Below, one piece after another: positions 19,801 through 29,393 of a DNA stretch of 57,694 nt. Both the position numbers and the translations under genes were made by a program. Location: NCBI GenBank assembly GCA_037190965.1, contig JBBCKI010000059.1, forward strand, positions 1-57,694, read 5' to 3'. The DNA is from Chthoniobacteraceae bacterium (GTDB taxonomy: Bacteria > Verrucomicrobiota > Verrucomicrobiia > Chthoniobacterales > Chthoniobacteraceae). The stretch's first letter is position 1. Each line of letters starts with the position of its first letter. Below the pieces are notes generated by a model. The model had not been told where the DNA came from. It saw only the letters and a program-made list of their open reading frames with translations, and ran no database searches.

Positions 19801-22452
19801 GTTCGAGACCGATCCGGAGTTCAGCGTCAGGGAGCCGACTGTCAATGTTCCCGGACTGTTGCCTGCGGAAAGGTTGCCACCGCTCAGGACGTTCACGGCC
19901 CCGGTAATCGTGCCCGAGCCGCCGAGCGTTCCGCCGTCATGGACGGTGAGAAGTGTGCTGCTGGTCAGTGCGCCATTGACCCGGAGCGTTCCGGCCTTCA
20001 CATCGGTCGCGCCGGTATAGGTATTGGTCGCGGTGAGGATCGTCGTGCCGCTGCCGGATTGAACCAACCCTCCGCTACCGCTGATGATGTTATCGAAGGT
20101 GAAGGAATCCGAGCGATTGAACGCCAGCGTTCCATCGTTCGCGACCCCGCCCGAGCCGAGCGTTCCCATTGTGCCGCCGTTGCCAACCTGGAGCGTGCCG
20201 GATTGAATGATCGTGTTTCCCGCGCAGGAGTTGCTTCCGGTCAGGATGAGCGTTCCACTGCCCGATTGGGTGAGCGATCCGGTTCCGCTGACTGCTCCGC
20301 CGTAGATTGACGAGTCGGAACGCTTGAAAACCAGCGCGCCGCTGTTCGTCACGTCTCCCGTGAGGGTGCCGTTCGTACCGCCGGTACCGATCTGGAGCGT
20401 ACCGCTGTTGAGGGTTGTGACGCCGGTGTAGCTATTGCTTCCGCCAAGAATCAACGTGCCTGTCCCGCTCTTGGTCAGGCCGCCTGTTCCCGTGATCGAC
20501 CCGGAGTAGATTTCCCCGTTGGAAGCGAAGACCGTAAGCGTGCCTGAACCAAGCTTTATGACAACGTCATCGCCTCCGATAAGACTGCGCACTGAGAGAT
20601 TATTCCCATCAAGATCGAGCGTTCCTTCCAGCACTGAAAGCGACGTGTTGCTTCCCAAAGAGCCGCCCGCGCCGATTTTGACGGTTCCCCCCGCGACCGC
20701 GAACATGCTGAGCGAGTTGCTTCCCGTCAGCGTCGTGGTGCCGGTTCCCTGTTTGGTGACGAGGAAGCCGTTGGCGATCGTGCCCGCCCAAACGGTGTCT
20801 GTATTGTCGCTCCCCCAGGAGAATCCCTGGAGCGTTTCGCTGGCATCGATATAGCCGCTCCCTGCAATGGAACCGACGGAGACAACTCGCATCATTCCCT
20901 TGAGGTCGAGCACTGCACCCGCATCCACCGTGACAGCCGTGGTTCGGGAGAGGGCATAATTGTTGTCGAGAACGAGCGTCCCGGTAGCGACCCGGGTTGT
21001 CCCGATATAGCTGTTGGAACCAGTAAGGACGAGACTGGCGTCCCCCAACTTGACGAACGCTCCCGTCCCGCTAATAGCTCCCCCAAAAAATACCGTATCC
21101 GCGCGATTGAAGACGAGTGCGCCGTTGTTGACTACGTCACCTGCGATGATGCCGGTATAGCCACCATTCCCGAGTTGAAGGGTGCCTGAACTGATCGTGG
21201 TACCACCGCTATGGGTGTTGTTCCCGGTGAGGATCAACGTTCCGCTGCCGGATTGCACCAAGCTGCCCGTACCGCTGATCGCGCCGGAGAACGTTACCGC
21301 ATCCGAGCGGTTGAAGGCAATTGCGCTCCCGTTGGCAACGTCTCCGACAATGGAGCCGGTGGTGTCGCCGTTGCCGATCTGCAAGGTGCCGGAGTTGATC
21401 GTCGTGCCGCCGGAATAGGAATTGGTGCCGGTGAGAATGAGGGTGCCGGAGCCGGACTGTACGAGCTGGCCCGTGCCGCTGATCAGGTTATCGATCGTGA
21501 TGGAATCGGAGCGATTGAACGTCAGAACGCTGTTGTTCACCACGTTGCCGCTCCCGAGCGTTCCCGATGTGCCGCCGTTGCCAATCTGGAGGGTGCCCGC
21601 GTCGATATTGGTCGTGCCGGTATAGGTGTTCGCGCCCGTGAGAATCGTGGTGCCGGTGGAGGAATGGGTCACCTTCAGCGAGCCCCGAAGGTTCGGCGCA
21701 AAGGTATAGGAGGCGTCGGTCTGGCTGAAGATCACCTCCGCGGTGCCGTCGCCTCCCGTGAATGATGGAGCAAGGATGGTACCGGCTTCAGCACCGTCGC
21801 CAATTTCCAGGGTGCCTTTCGCGGTGTTCAGCGTCGCCAGTGAAATGTCATAGACGCTTTCGAGAATCCCCCCCGCGCTCACCGTGAGCGTGCCTGTTCC
21901 ACGATATCCTAGGTTCGCAATTCCCGTCACTGTCCATTTCGATCCCGAGCCCGAGAGGAGGACATCGCCTATAGAGTCCTCACGGTCGGCAACGGAAAAA
22001 TTTCTGCCCGTGACCATGGCTCCATCCAGAATATTCAATGTTCCCGAACCGGCGTTTGCTATGTTGGAGGAGATCGTTGAAGTTAACGATAAAATCGAGT
22101 TCGCTCCCGTGACCGTGAGGACGCCCACGTCGGTGTTAGAATTATAGCCCAAATAGAAATATTCTGTCGTGAGGCTGCCGCCATTCTCGATTTTCAGAGT
22201 CCCGGTGCCTGCTGCTCCAAGCGTGAGATCGCTCGCTTCCCCGTGGGCGTTGTTAAGGGTGGCGGTTCCACTGTTGGAGATGACGGCCCATACGCCCGAG
22301 TTGGGAACCCCGTTATGCCAGTTGCCTGCCACGTTCCAGTCGCCCTCCCCAAGGTTGGTCCAGCCGGTATATTGTGCGCACAGAGGGGAAGTGGCGGCGG
22401 CTAGAATTGGGAAAAGCAACCAGGCGGGACGATGAGCGCGTTTACGGGGCAT
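16843..22452 (-). CDS. Giant autotransporter paralog with PATR repeats, 1869 aa
   Basis: Signal peptide MPRKRAHRPAWLLFPILAA; same repeat architecture; beta-barrel ending in LNLRF, closely similar to the neighbouring paralog. Confidence 0.92.
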   Translation of the reverse strand: MPRKRAHRPAWLLFPILAAATSPLCAQYTGWTNLGEGDWNVAGNWHNGVPNSGVWAVISNSGTATLNNAHGEASDLTLGAAGTGTLKIENGGSLTTEYFYLGYNSNTDVGVLTVTGANSILSLTSTISSNIANAGSGTLNILDGAMVTGRNFSVADREDSIGDVLLSGSGSKWTVTGIANLGYRGTGTLTVSAGGILESVYDISLATLNTAKGTLEIGDGAEAGTILAPSFTGGDGTAEVIFSQTDASYTFAPNLRGSLKVTHSSTGTTILTGANTYTGTTNIDAGTLQIGNGGTSGTLGSGNVVNNSVLTFNRSDSITIDNLISGTGQLVQSGSGTLILTGTNSYSGGTTINSGTLQIGNGDTTGSIVGDVANGSAIAFNRSDAVTFSGAISGTGSLVQSGSGTLILTGNNTHSGGTTISSGTLQLGNGGYTGIIAGDVVNNGALVFNRADTVFFGGAISGTGAFVKLGDASLVLTGSNSYIGTTRVATGTLVLDNNYALSRTTAVTVDAGAVLDLKGMMRVVSVGSIAGSGYIDASETLQGFSWGSDNTDTVWAGTIANGFLVTKQGTGTTTLTGSNSLSMFAVAGGTVKIGAGGSLGSNTSLSVLEGTLDLDGNNLSVRSLIGGDDVVIKLGSGTLTVFASNGEIYSGSITGTGGLTKSGTGTLILGGSNSYTGVTTLNSGTLQIGTGGTNGTLTGDVTNSGALVFKRSDSSIYGGAVSGTGSLTQSGSGTLILTGSNSCAGNTIIQSGTLQVGNGGTMGTLGSGGVANDGTLAFNRSDSFTFDNIISGSGGLVQSGSGTTILTATNTYTGATDVKAGTLRVNGALTSSTLLTVHDGGTLGGSGTITGAVNVLSGGNLSAGNSPGTLTVGSLTLNSGSVSNFELGSSSDLIAVSGNLTIGGILNLSNSGGFANTSYSLFTYGGTLTNNYFELNLVPGGWNRANFAIDLSTAGSVKLLVDNTVTIQYWDGSSNLDGSMSGGNGTWSSTGINWTNSNGSLNTNWQGVVGVFGGTAGTVAVADDVSFSQLQFETDGYQLTNGGGSLVTGGSFSELWTGTDVSAEIAASITGTSGLRKTGEGTLVLTSSNSYSGGTTIANGTVRTENSNAFGTGDVTLQSLGTLELAGKLSVGGDFVWDGGVISISQGDTDRIEIAGNFIKGSNSEPFVFSLASSGFNINQTYTLLTFDDYVGFDFSDFSATAFYGIMPLFAFVDNTLTIHYTGATSGSVLQNSGPIFTPLDANFLVSGTVTTQGPLESNTVNSLLFEDESSLDVSNTLTVTSGNFTVIDGRATLTGDEVKTPGDFHKLGEGILVTDVNLNVDGEGTIEAGGLIVNGELATGSGLVVYQNALLGGSGVIDGNVVNHGILSPGNSPGTLTVIGNHTQTSSSVFLMEIAGKNDFDRLLVSGTATLAGSLAVTPYDGYKLEYGQKFTVVNAGKIVGEFDDVDLSSGLRGRVLLKPRKATLLVAPESYTQVAQTPNQKTTAKALDSFIDADEGDRETVSIALDELKASEFPDAFDQIAPTFYESLARITIEQSNAQGQMLQQRFGALRLGGGGFRQVGLDAPIITEGKQFKELKETRNIMEPAADNPWGIWVQGNGLFAKNSGLNGVPNFRFDSGGFLLGADYRWNSALATGIYAGYQRIDARYDGGSRTNVNAARFGAYATLDSGNGFYGNALVGGGYSDYEVRRTIDFGSIDRTARSNPHGGEFSAMLGTGYDWKAGNLTFGPVASGQYTYVNIDGVTEEGARSLNLKVNDQEAHSLRSTLGARIAYCWQINEGVALVPEGRVTWQHEFLQDSRDIGAALDGGRGPGFNVVTTTPERDAVFAGVGLNLQVGERWNANVYYNADFGRGDFRSQMISGGLNLRF

Positions 22453-22499
22453 AACCCTGCAATAGGCAGGGATTTTCCCCTGAGAAGGCAATCGAACTG

Positions 22500-22533
22500 T
22501 GACGAACAGTATGAAATAAATGACGAACGGTAT
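22500..22533 (-). promoter_or_regulatory. LytTR-type direct-repeat binding site upstream of autotransporter 2
   Basis: Minus strand ATACCGTTCGTCA and ATACTGTTCGTCA with 21-bp period, immediately after the LytTR gene stop. Confidence 0.78.
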
Positions 22534-23241
22534 CTACCCACGCTCCAGTAGAACCTTTATGCCGGTCCAAAAGGCCCGCCCCACCGGAATCAACTGCCCG
22601 TCGGCTAGAATCATCTGCCGCCGGTTCTCTCCCAGGTTTTGAATCTCGCGGATCGCATTGAGGCGAACCAGGGCTTTTCGATGCACCTGGAGGAATTCGC
22701 CAGCCGGGGCAAGGTCCAGCCATTCTTTCAACGGGCGCAGCATGAGAAGGGAAGGGGCGTTCTCCAAAAAGAGCCGGGTGTAGTTTCCCTCCGAAATGAT
22801 GGACTGCACCTCGCCCCACTGGACGAACCGGGCGCTGGAACCTGTTTTTACAAAGACGGCGTCGTTGCTCGTCGCCCGTTGGAAGAAGGGGGCGCGGCTG
22901 CGGACGCGCCGCAGAGTTTCAGCCAGACGTTCCGGCTGCACCGGCTTGAGGAGATAATCGAGCGCGTTGCATTCAAACCCGCGTACGGCATAGCGATCGA
23001 ACGCGGTGACAAACACAAGATGCGGCAACGGTTCCTGCAAACGCCCCACATAGTCGAACCCGGTTTCGCCACGCAGTTTCACATCGACGAAGGCGACCTC
23101 CGGCTGGTGCTTCGCGGTCAGCTCCAGTGCGGTCTCCACGTCGGCGGCTTCCCCGACGATCTCCACCTCCGTGTCCGACGAAAGCAGCCGGCGCAGCTCA
23201 AGGCGGGCCGGGGCTTCATCGTCGAGGATCAGGCAGCGCAT
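22534..23241 (-). CDS. LytTR-family response regulator
   Basis: REC domain (LDDE, FVDV, FVTAFD, ALDYLLKP) plus LytTR domain (EGNYT, FLQVHRKALV). Confidence 0.93.
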   Translation of the reverse strand: MRCLILDDEAPARLELRRLLSSDTEVEIVGEAADVETALELTAKHQPEVAFVDVKLRGETGFDYVGRLQEPLPHLVFVTAFDRYAVRGFECNALDYLLKPVQPERLAETLRRVRSRAPFFQRATSNDAVFVKTGSSARFVQWGEVQSIISEGNYTRLFLENAPSLLMLRPLKEWLDLAPAGEFLQVHRKALVRLNAIREIQNLGENRRQMILADGQLIPVGRAFWTGIKVLLERG

Positions 23242-23251
23242 CGGTTTTTGG

Positions 23252-24823
23252 TTAAATCAGTCGGGGGATTTTAATACGAAGCCGCACCCAGCCGTCAGCG
23301 GAAATCTGCTCGAAGGTTGCCGAAGCGCCGTAGAGTAACTGAAGCCGCCGCCGAATATTATTGAGGCCCAGCCCTTTGCCCGGGCCCGGCGCGGCGGTTT
23401 TCCAGAGGCCGGTGTTGGCCACCTCGATCGTCAGGTGCGATCCGTCGCCGATGGCGGCTTCTACTTTGAGGCAGAACGGCCCCCGCGAGGATTCCAACCC
23501 GTGTCGGATCGCATTCTCCACCAGCGGCTGGAGCAGAAACACCGGCACCTGTCGGGTCTCTGCGTCCGCGGCAATGGCGATATGGATCTGCAATGCCTCG
23601 CCGAATCGCTTCTTTTCGATGAAGAGGTAGTTTTTGATGGAGGCTATTTCCTCCCTGAGCGACGCGAAATCCTCGTCAGGATGTTCCAGCGTCGAGCGAA
23701 GATACCCGGCAAGTTCGGTCACCATCTCCCGTGGTACTTTTGCGTCGAGAGGTAGCGTGGCGCGGAGGGAGTTGAGGGCGTTGAATAGAAAATGAGGGTT
23801 GATCTGGTAGCGCAAGGCGTCGAGCCGGGCGCGTTCTTCGCGAAGGGAGGCTTCCAGCCTGTGGCTCTGTTCCGCAAAGACCAGCTGTTCCGCCCGGCGT
23901 CGCTCGGCAACGAGGGCGGCCACCACCAGCCCCGTGGCGGCCAGCACCCAGAGAAACGCCTGGATGAACCAGAGAGTGGGGGAGGCCGTCTCCGGGTTGA
24001 GATCAGACGCATGGCGCATCAACGCCGCATAGATGGAGGCCATGACAAGCAGCAACGCCGCCGAGGTTTCTTCCGGCCCAAACCGAACCGCCGCAAAGAT
24101 GATGAAAGGGAAGATCAGGAACGTGAAGTTCAGCCCCCGTTCAAGGAAAACCGCATCGAAGACGATCGCGCCACAGAGAAGTCCCGCGCCGATCCAAAGC
24201 GCCGCTTCCCGAGGAAACCGGACGGAGATCCAGGAACCGTTGCGTAGCGCGACCAACAATGGGGTGAGCACAAGAATGGCCGAGCCATTGGCGAGGTTCC
24301 AGTTTCCCACCGCCATCCAGAACTCTTGGCGGGAGAAGCGACCTTCCAGCACCAGGTAAGCCGGGACCAGGAGTGAGGCCACGATGGGAGCCGCCCCGGC
24401 TGCGAACAGGAGCGACAACACCGGGCGTGTTCGATCGAAACGCCCCTCAAAACGACCGAGCCGATGCAAGATCCAATAGGCGAGGAGCGCCTCGACGCAG
24501 TTCCCGCCAGCCCCGAGCAGGCATTGCTCGAGCGATTGCCCGAAGATAAACCAGGCAGGGAGAACGCCGGCGAGGATCATCGGCCAGTACTTCCAGCCAA
24601 GAATCAGGAGTGCCCCGACGTTCACCCCGGAGGCAAGCCAGAAGATAAACTCCGCCCCGCCGCTCAGCCCCTCGGGCCAGAGCAACCTGCCCAGGCTTAG
24701 CGGAAGGCAAACCGCCAGAGACGAAGCAACGGCAAAAGCCATTGCCTGAAGAATCACCCGTTGGATGGGGCTGGTGGCATTGGTCATGGAGGAATGCGGA
24801 ACAACGCCCGGTACGCTATGCAT
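23252..24823 (-). CDS. MASE1-domain LytS/YehU-type sensor histidine kinase
   Basis: Multi-TM N-terminus; LRYQINPHFLFNALNS, LLQPLVENAIRHG, GLGLNNIRRRL; exact start uncertain. Confidence 0.9.
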   Translation of the reverse strand: MHSVPGVVPHSSMTNATSPIQRVILQAMAFAVASSLAVCLPLSLGRLLWPEGLSGGAEFIFWLASGVNVGALLILGWKYWPMILAGVLPAWFIFGQSLEQCLLGAGGNCVEALLAYWILHRLGRFEGRFDRTRPVLSLLFAAGAAPIVASLLVPAYLVLEGRFSRQEFWMAVGNWNLANGSAILVLTPLLVALRNGSWISVRFPREAALWIGAGLLCGAIVFDAVFLERGLNFTFLIFPFIIFAAVRFGPEETSAALLLVMASIYAALMRHASDLNPETASPTLWFIQAFLWVLAATGLVVAALVAERRRAEQLVFAEQSHRLEASLREERARLDALRYQINPHFLFNALNSLRATLPLDAKVPREMVTELAGYLRSTLEHPDEDFASLREEIASIKNYLFIEKKRFGEALQIHIAIAADAETRQVPVFLLQPLVENAIRHGLESSRGPFCLKVEAAIGDGSHLTIEVANTGLWKTAAPGPGKGLGLNNIRRRLQLLYGASATFEQISADGWVRLRIKIPRLI

Positions 24824-25262
24824 TCGGGTCTTTCAAAAACTGGATGCCGAACTCATCGCAAATGGCCGCAACTTTCCCAAAATCAGGTGGATTCGGTAAG
24901 GTCGCGAGTCGAGTGAACATTTCATCCAGGCCTCCCGGCGTGACAGTGACGTTCAAGGTTGCCGGTTCGGATCCAACCACCCGGTAAGCATGGGCAACCT
25001 TGCGCGGAGCAAAAACCGCCTCGCCTTCGTTGGCGACAATGATCTTGCCGGGCAGACTGAACTCCACGCTTCCTTTGAGGATATGAAATGTTTCGTCTTC
25101 GTTGGCATGAACGTGCCAAGGGACTCCGCAACCAACCGACGAGGTGATCTGGATGAGCGTCACCCCGGAGTCGGTCTCCTTGCCCTGAAGTAGAATCCGG
25201 ACGGCATCGCCCAAGACGGAGAGAGGGGCAACCTGTGCGGGGGAAATGCGCAATGGCATCAT
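24816..25262 (-). CDS. Cupin domain protein
   Basis: PWHVHANEDETFHIL...APRKVAHAY. Confidence 0.85.
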   Translation of the reverse strand: MMPLRISPAQVAPLSVLGDAVRILLQGKETDSGVTLIQITSSVGCGVPWHVHANEDETFHILKGSVEFSLPGKIIVANEGEAVFAPRKVAHAYRVVGSEPATLNVTVTPGGLDEMFTRLATLPNPPDFGKVAAICDEFGIQFLKDPNA

Positions 25263-25280
25263 CTGTTCTTTGTTTGGATG

Positions 25281-25946
25281 TCAAGCGGCTGAATGCCACT
25301 CAAGCCCTGGTGGAAGCGTGAAGGCGGCGTACTCGATGTGTAAAATGCGGCGGTGTCTTGGATTTGTGGAGCGGCCAGAGGCGTGAAGAAGCAGGGGACG
25401 CATGAGTAATGCGTCTCCTTTGGAGGCAGGGCAGAGGACGTCGGACTTTTCTGCGCGGAGTTCCTGAATATGGCTGGCTGAAAGACGTCCAAGCCGATGG
25501 GAACCTGGCAGGACACGCAATGCGCCGTTGGATTCGTCGGTGTCGTCAAAATGGAGCCGGATTGTCAGCATCTTTTCGAGATATTCGACCGGAGGCTGAA
25601 CGTGGGGAACTCCGTCTTTGACGCTCCATGGGCCGAACCCTGGCACCTCTTCGCGATTACGGAGAGCCAGAGTCAGATCCTGATGCCAGGGGACCAACCA
25701 GTTCGCCTCCGGAGATTTGTCAAAATAAATGGCGCGAACGGGGACGGGGTCAATAGGAAGGTGTGGACGTATCAGATCGAGAACCCGAGGCGATTTGGCG
25801 ATAGAGGTAACGTCGGCATTTCGAAGAAGGTCGCGACGCCCCGCACCGGAAACCGGCCCCAGTGCGGCAATCCATGCCTGGCACTCATGACACGTCATCA
25901 CTCCAGGGATGATCGAAAAACCGTGTTGCTGAAGATCAAAATTCAT
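25281..25946 (-). CDS. Phytanoyl-CoA dioxygenase (PhyH) family 2OG-Fe(II) oxygenase
   Basis: PWHQD, NGALRVLPGSH, LLLHAS, RRILHIEY. Confidence 0.88.
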   Translation of the reverse strand: MNFDLQQHGFSIIPGVMTCHECQAWIAALGPVSGAGRRDLLRNADVTSIAKSPRVLDLIRPHLPIDPVPVRAIYFDKSPEANWLVPWHQDLTLALRNREEVPGFGPWSVKDGVPHVQPPVEYLEKMLTIRLHFDDTDESNGALRVLPGSHRLGRLSASHIQELRAEKSDVLCPASKGDALLMRPLLLHASGRSTNPRHRRILHIEYAAFTLPPGLEWHSAA

Positions 25947-25952
25947 AAAAGG

Positions 25953-26318
25953 TCAACGAGGTCGATAAAAGGTCACCCCAAGGGAGTACCCCGAATCCCC
26001 AATAAGCCTCACGAGCGGGTGGGGGATTGAGGCTTCCATCGGATCATCGCGATCCAGGCCATAGCCGAAGTTGAATTCCCGCTTCAGCGCTTTGGCGAGA
26101 TCCTTCTTTGCCTCTTCGGAGATGCGGGAGAGCGTCTCCAAAAAGCTCCTGATGATTTCTTCTTCCGAGTAGCCTACGGAGAAAACTTCGAGCACCAGCA
26201 GAAAAAGGTCTCCTTTCCGCCCGGCAAAAAGAACCGTGAAAGCTTCCTGAACTTCCGACAGAAGCGCGTAAGGCTCGTTCGAAAAGGTGATTTCGAGATC
26301 GATGTTATGGAGCTCCAT
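25953..26318 (-). CDS. Hypothetical protein (121 aa)
   Basis: ATG ORF co-oriented with and ending 6 bp before the PhyH gene; globular composition. Confidence 0.6.
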   Translation of the reverse strand: MELHNIDLEITFSNEPYALLSEVQEAFTVLFAGRKGDLFLLVLEVFSVGYSEEEIIRSFLETLSRISEEAKKDLAKALKREFNFGYGLDRDDPMEASIPHPLVRLIGDSGYSLGVTFYRPR

Positions 26319-26512
26319 GTCGGCGCCACGAGTTTCTCAGGAAGCATGGAAGAAACCAATTCGAAACTAGGGCGTGCTTCTTCTCACACCGGCTTTGCAG
26401 AGCGCCGTTGGGAACGAGGGAAATCAGCTCAAGGAATGTCACACCCTGGTCTTGCAGAATCCCCACGGTAGGGGCCACAATGTGGGGATATTTTGCAACC
26501 CAGGAACCTCTG

Positions 26513-27709
26513 ATGAACTCCATACTTTTCAAGAATGCGCGGCTGATCTTCCCTGACCGGATCGAGCCCAAGGGCGATCTCAGGGTGGAGAACGGGCGGA
26601 TCGCGGTCATCGCTCCGGCGTTGTCGCCCAACCCGGGCGAGACGGTTTTGGACCTCGGCGGGCGTTATCTTTCACCCGGGTTCATCGACATGCACATCCA
26701 CGGAGCGATGGGACATGACACGATGGAGGCGACCCCGGAGGCGTTCGAGACGATCTGCCGGTTCCACGCTTCCGGTGGGACCACGGCGCTTGCGCTCACG
26801 ACCATCACCGCCCCCATACCGGAGATTGTCGCCGTGCTGCAAGCGGCGGAGGCTTATCGAAAAGAGGAGCCTAAAGAGGGGCCCAAAGGAGCGCGGCTGC
26901 TCGGCCTTCATATTGAAGGGCCTTATTTTTCCAAGGAGAAGCCAGGGGCGCACCTCCCTGAGTTGATTTCCGATCCGACCCCTGAGCATTACAAGCCGCT
27001 CCTCGAATGGGCGACGGGCAAGGATAACGTCATGATCCAGATGACTCTCGCCCCGGAACTTCCGGGCGCGCTCGGGTTGATCGACGCGTTGAGGGAGCGG
27101 GGTGTCCGCGTGAGCGGCGGCCACAGCAACGCTTGGGACGACGAAGCGTGTGCCGGGTTTGTCCATGGGATGGAAGGGGCGACGCATACCTTCAATTGCA
27201 TGTCCACCGCCCGGCGGCGCGGGCCCTATCGTGACGCGGGGTTGCTGGAGTTTGCCTTGAGTGAGCCGGGCATCGTCTGCGAGTTGATCGCCGATGGGCG
27301 GCATGTTTCGACCACGTTGATCCGGATGCTCTACTTCGCCAAGGGGCCCGATGGGATCTGCCTGATTACGGACGCCACCTCCGGGGCGGGCCTCGCCGAA
27401 GGGACGACCTTCCGGTTGGGGGAAATCGACTGCGTCGTACGCGATGGCGTGGGGATTCTCGCCGATGGAAGCGCGCTGGCGGGAAGCACCTCGACGATGA
27501 TCCGGGGGGTGAAGACCATGGTGGAAGACGCCCATGTTTCGCTGGTGGAAGCCATTCGGATGGCGACACTCAACCCGGCCCGAGCCCTCAAGCTCGCAGG
27601 AAAAGGTGTCCTGGAAAAAGGAGCTGATGCGGATCTTGTGATTCTGAGTGATGATCTGGAAGTGGAAGCCACCTATGTCCACGGAAGGCCGGTTTATACT
27701 CGCCCCTGA
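26513..27709 (+). CDS. nagA: N-acetylglucosamine-6-phosphate deacetylase
   Basis: PGFIDMHIHG, HIEGPY, GAH, TLAPE, THTFNCM, IADGRH, LAGS. Confidence 0.93.
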   Translation: MNSILFKNARLIFPDRIEPKGDLRVENGRIAVIAPALSPNPGETVLDLGGRYLSPGFIDMHIHGAMGHDTMEATPEAFETICRFHASGGTTALALTTITAPIPEIVAVLQAAEAYRKEEPKEGPKGARLLGLHIEGPYFSKEKPGAHLPELISDPTPEHYKPLLEWATGKDNVMIQMTLAPELPGALGLIDALRERGVRVSGGHSNAWDDEACAGFVHGMEGATHTFNCMSTARRRGPYRDAGLLEFALSEPGIVCELIADGRHVSTTLIRMLYFAKGPDGICLITDATSGAGLAEGTTFRLGEIDCVVRDGVGILADGSALAGSTSTMIRGVKTMVEDAHVSLVEAIRMATLNPARALKLAGKGVLEKGADADLVILSDDLEVEATYVHGRPVYTRP

Positions 27710-27730
27710 TTCGATAACACCCTGCTTTTT

Positions 27731-28579
27731 ATGAAGTCGCTCTCTTTTGCTGTCGCCTTTCTTACCTGCCTGCTCCCGATCGCCAGCCAGGCCCAAACCA
27801 AGAAGCTCAATGTGCTCACCACGTTCGCGCCGATCTCTTCGATGACGAAGAACGTCGCGGGCGACGCCGCAGTGGTGGAGCAATTGCTGCCGCCGGACGC
27901 GGAGCCGCATCATTTCGCGCTCTCCCCCGGGGATCTCAAAAAAATAGCCAAGGCGGACGTGCTGGTGGAGAACGGCCTCGGGGCGGAAGAATGGGTGGAT
28001 GGCGCGCTCAAGAGCAGTAAAGCGACGCGGATCGTCTCCAGCAAGGGGATCAAGCCTGACGACGGGAACCCGCACATCTGGCTCGACCCGGTGCTGGCCA
28101 TCGTTCAGGTGGAGAACATCCGCAAGGGGCTCGTGGAGCGCGATCCCGCCAACGCGGAGAGCTACAATCGCAACGCCGCCGCCTACACGGAGAAGCTCAA
28201 GCAGCTTGACCGGGATATTCGCGCGACGGCCGATCAACTTGCCGACAAACGGCTGATGACCTCTCACGGCGCGTTTCATTATTTTGCGAAGCGTTATCAG
28301 TTCGAAGTGGTCGGGGTGTTTGAGGAATTCCCCGGCCGGGAGCCGTCTCCCCGTGCCTTGAAGGCGCTACGCGATACGATCGCCAAAAAGCAGGTAAAGG
28401 TTCTTTTCACCGAACCGGGGCAGCCGCGCCGGGTGCTGCGCAATCTTTCCAAGGAGTTGAATCTCCCGGTGGTGGAGATCGATCCGATGGAGTATGGCAA
28501 ACCCGATGCGGCCTTGTATGAAAAGGTGATGCGCTCCAACCTCAGGAATCTCAAGGAGGCTCTGGGTGGAGGCCGGTAG
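27731..28579 (+). CDS. Zn/Mn ABC transporter substrate-binding protein (ZnuA/TroA family)
   Basis: Signal peptide; EPHHF, NPHIWLDP, SHGAFHYF. Confidence 0.92.
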   Translation: MKSLSFAVAFLTCLLPIASQAQTKKLNVLTTFAPISSMTKNVAGDAAVVEQLLPPDAEPHHFALSPGDLKKIAKADVLVENGLGAEEWVDGALKSSKATRIVSSKGIKPDDGNPHIWLDPVLAIVQVENIRKGLVERDPANAESYNRNAAAYTEKLKQLDRDIRATADQLADKRLMTSHGAFHYFAKRYQFEVVGVFEEFPGREPSPRALKALRDTIAKKQVKVLFTEPGQPRRVLRNLSKELNLPVVEIDPMEYGKPDAALYEKVMRSNLRNLKEALGGGR

Positions 28580-29393
28580 GAATCACTCCTGCGGAGCCGG
28601 ATGCAGTCATCACCATCCGCCCCCGGATTCAGGAAGACCGTCCCCGGCATTGCTGGAGGTACGCGATGTCTCCGTCGACTACGAAGACAGGGCGGTCCTG
28701 ACTGATATTTCATTCAATCTCCACAAGGGCGACTTCGGTTGCCTTATCGGGCCCAACGGCGCGGGCAAAAGTACGCTGCTCAAGACCATGATGGGGCTGG
28801 TGACTCCCACGCGCGGCAAGGTCATCTCCCATGCGCGACAAATCGGTTATGTGCCGCAGCAATTGCCGCTCGACCCCGGGCTGCCTCTGACCGTCGCGGA
28901 GTTCCTTTCGCTCAAGCTCACGCAATCGCGCTTTTGGTTCGGTGCGCCCAAACGGGGAGCCCAGCGCGCGCGGATCGAGGCGCAGCTTGACGAGATCGGC
29001 GCGGCCCATTTGATCGACCGCCGCCTGGGGCGACTCTCCGGCGGGGAGTTCCAGCGGGTCCTGGTGGCTTACTCCTTGCTGAACGACCCCGATCTTCTGC
29101 TGCTCGACGAACCGTTGACCGGCGTGGATATCCGGGGCGGGTTTTCCTTCGACGGCCTGCTGCATCACCTCCACGAACATCGCGGCATCACGATCCTGAT
29201 GGTGTCGCATGACCTTCATCTCGTGGAGCACTTGAGCGATGTCGTCTTCTGCATCAACCGGGATCTCTGTTGCCACGGCCGCCCGGACGTCGTGCTGCGC
29301 CCCGACAACCTTGCCAAAGCTTACGGGCACATGCCCGGCATGGTTCCCGACGCGGGCGGCACGGCTTTCATCCCCATCCGCAATATTCGCTAA
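28566..29393 (+). CDS. Metal ABC transporter ATP-binding protein
   Basis: GPNGAGKST, IGYVPQ, LSGGE, LLLDEP; His/Cys-rich N-terminus. Confidence 0.92.
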   Translation: MEAGRNHSCGAGCSHHHPPPDSGRPSPALLEVRDVSVDYEDRAVLTDISFNLHKGDFGCLIGPNGAGKSTLLKTMMGLVTPTRGKVISHARQIGYVPQQLPLDPGLPLTVAEFLSLKLTQSRFWFGAPKRGAQRARIEAQLDEIGAAHLIDRRLGRLSGGEFQRVLVAYSLLNDPDLLLLDEPLTGVDIRGGFSFDGLLHHLHEHRGITILMVSHDLHLVEHLSDVVFCINRDLCCHGRPDVVLRPDNLAKAYGHMPGMVPDAGGTAFIPIRNIR

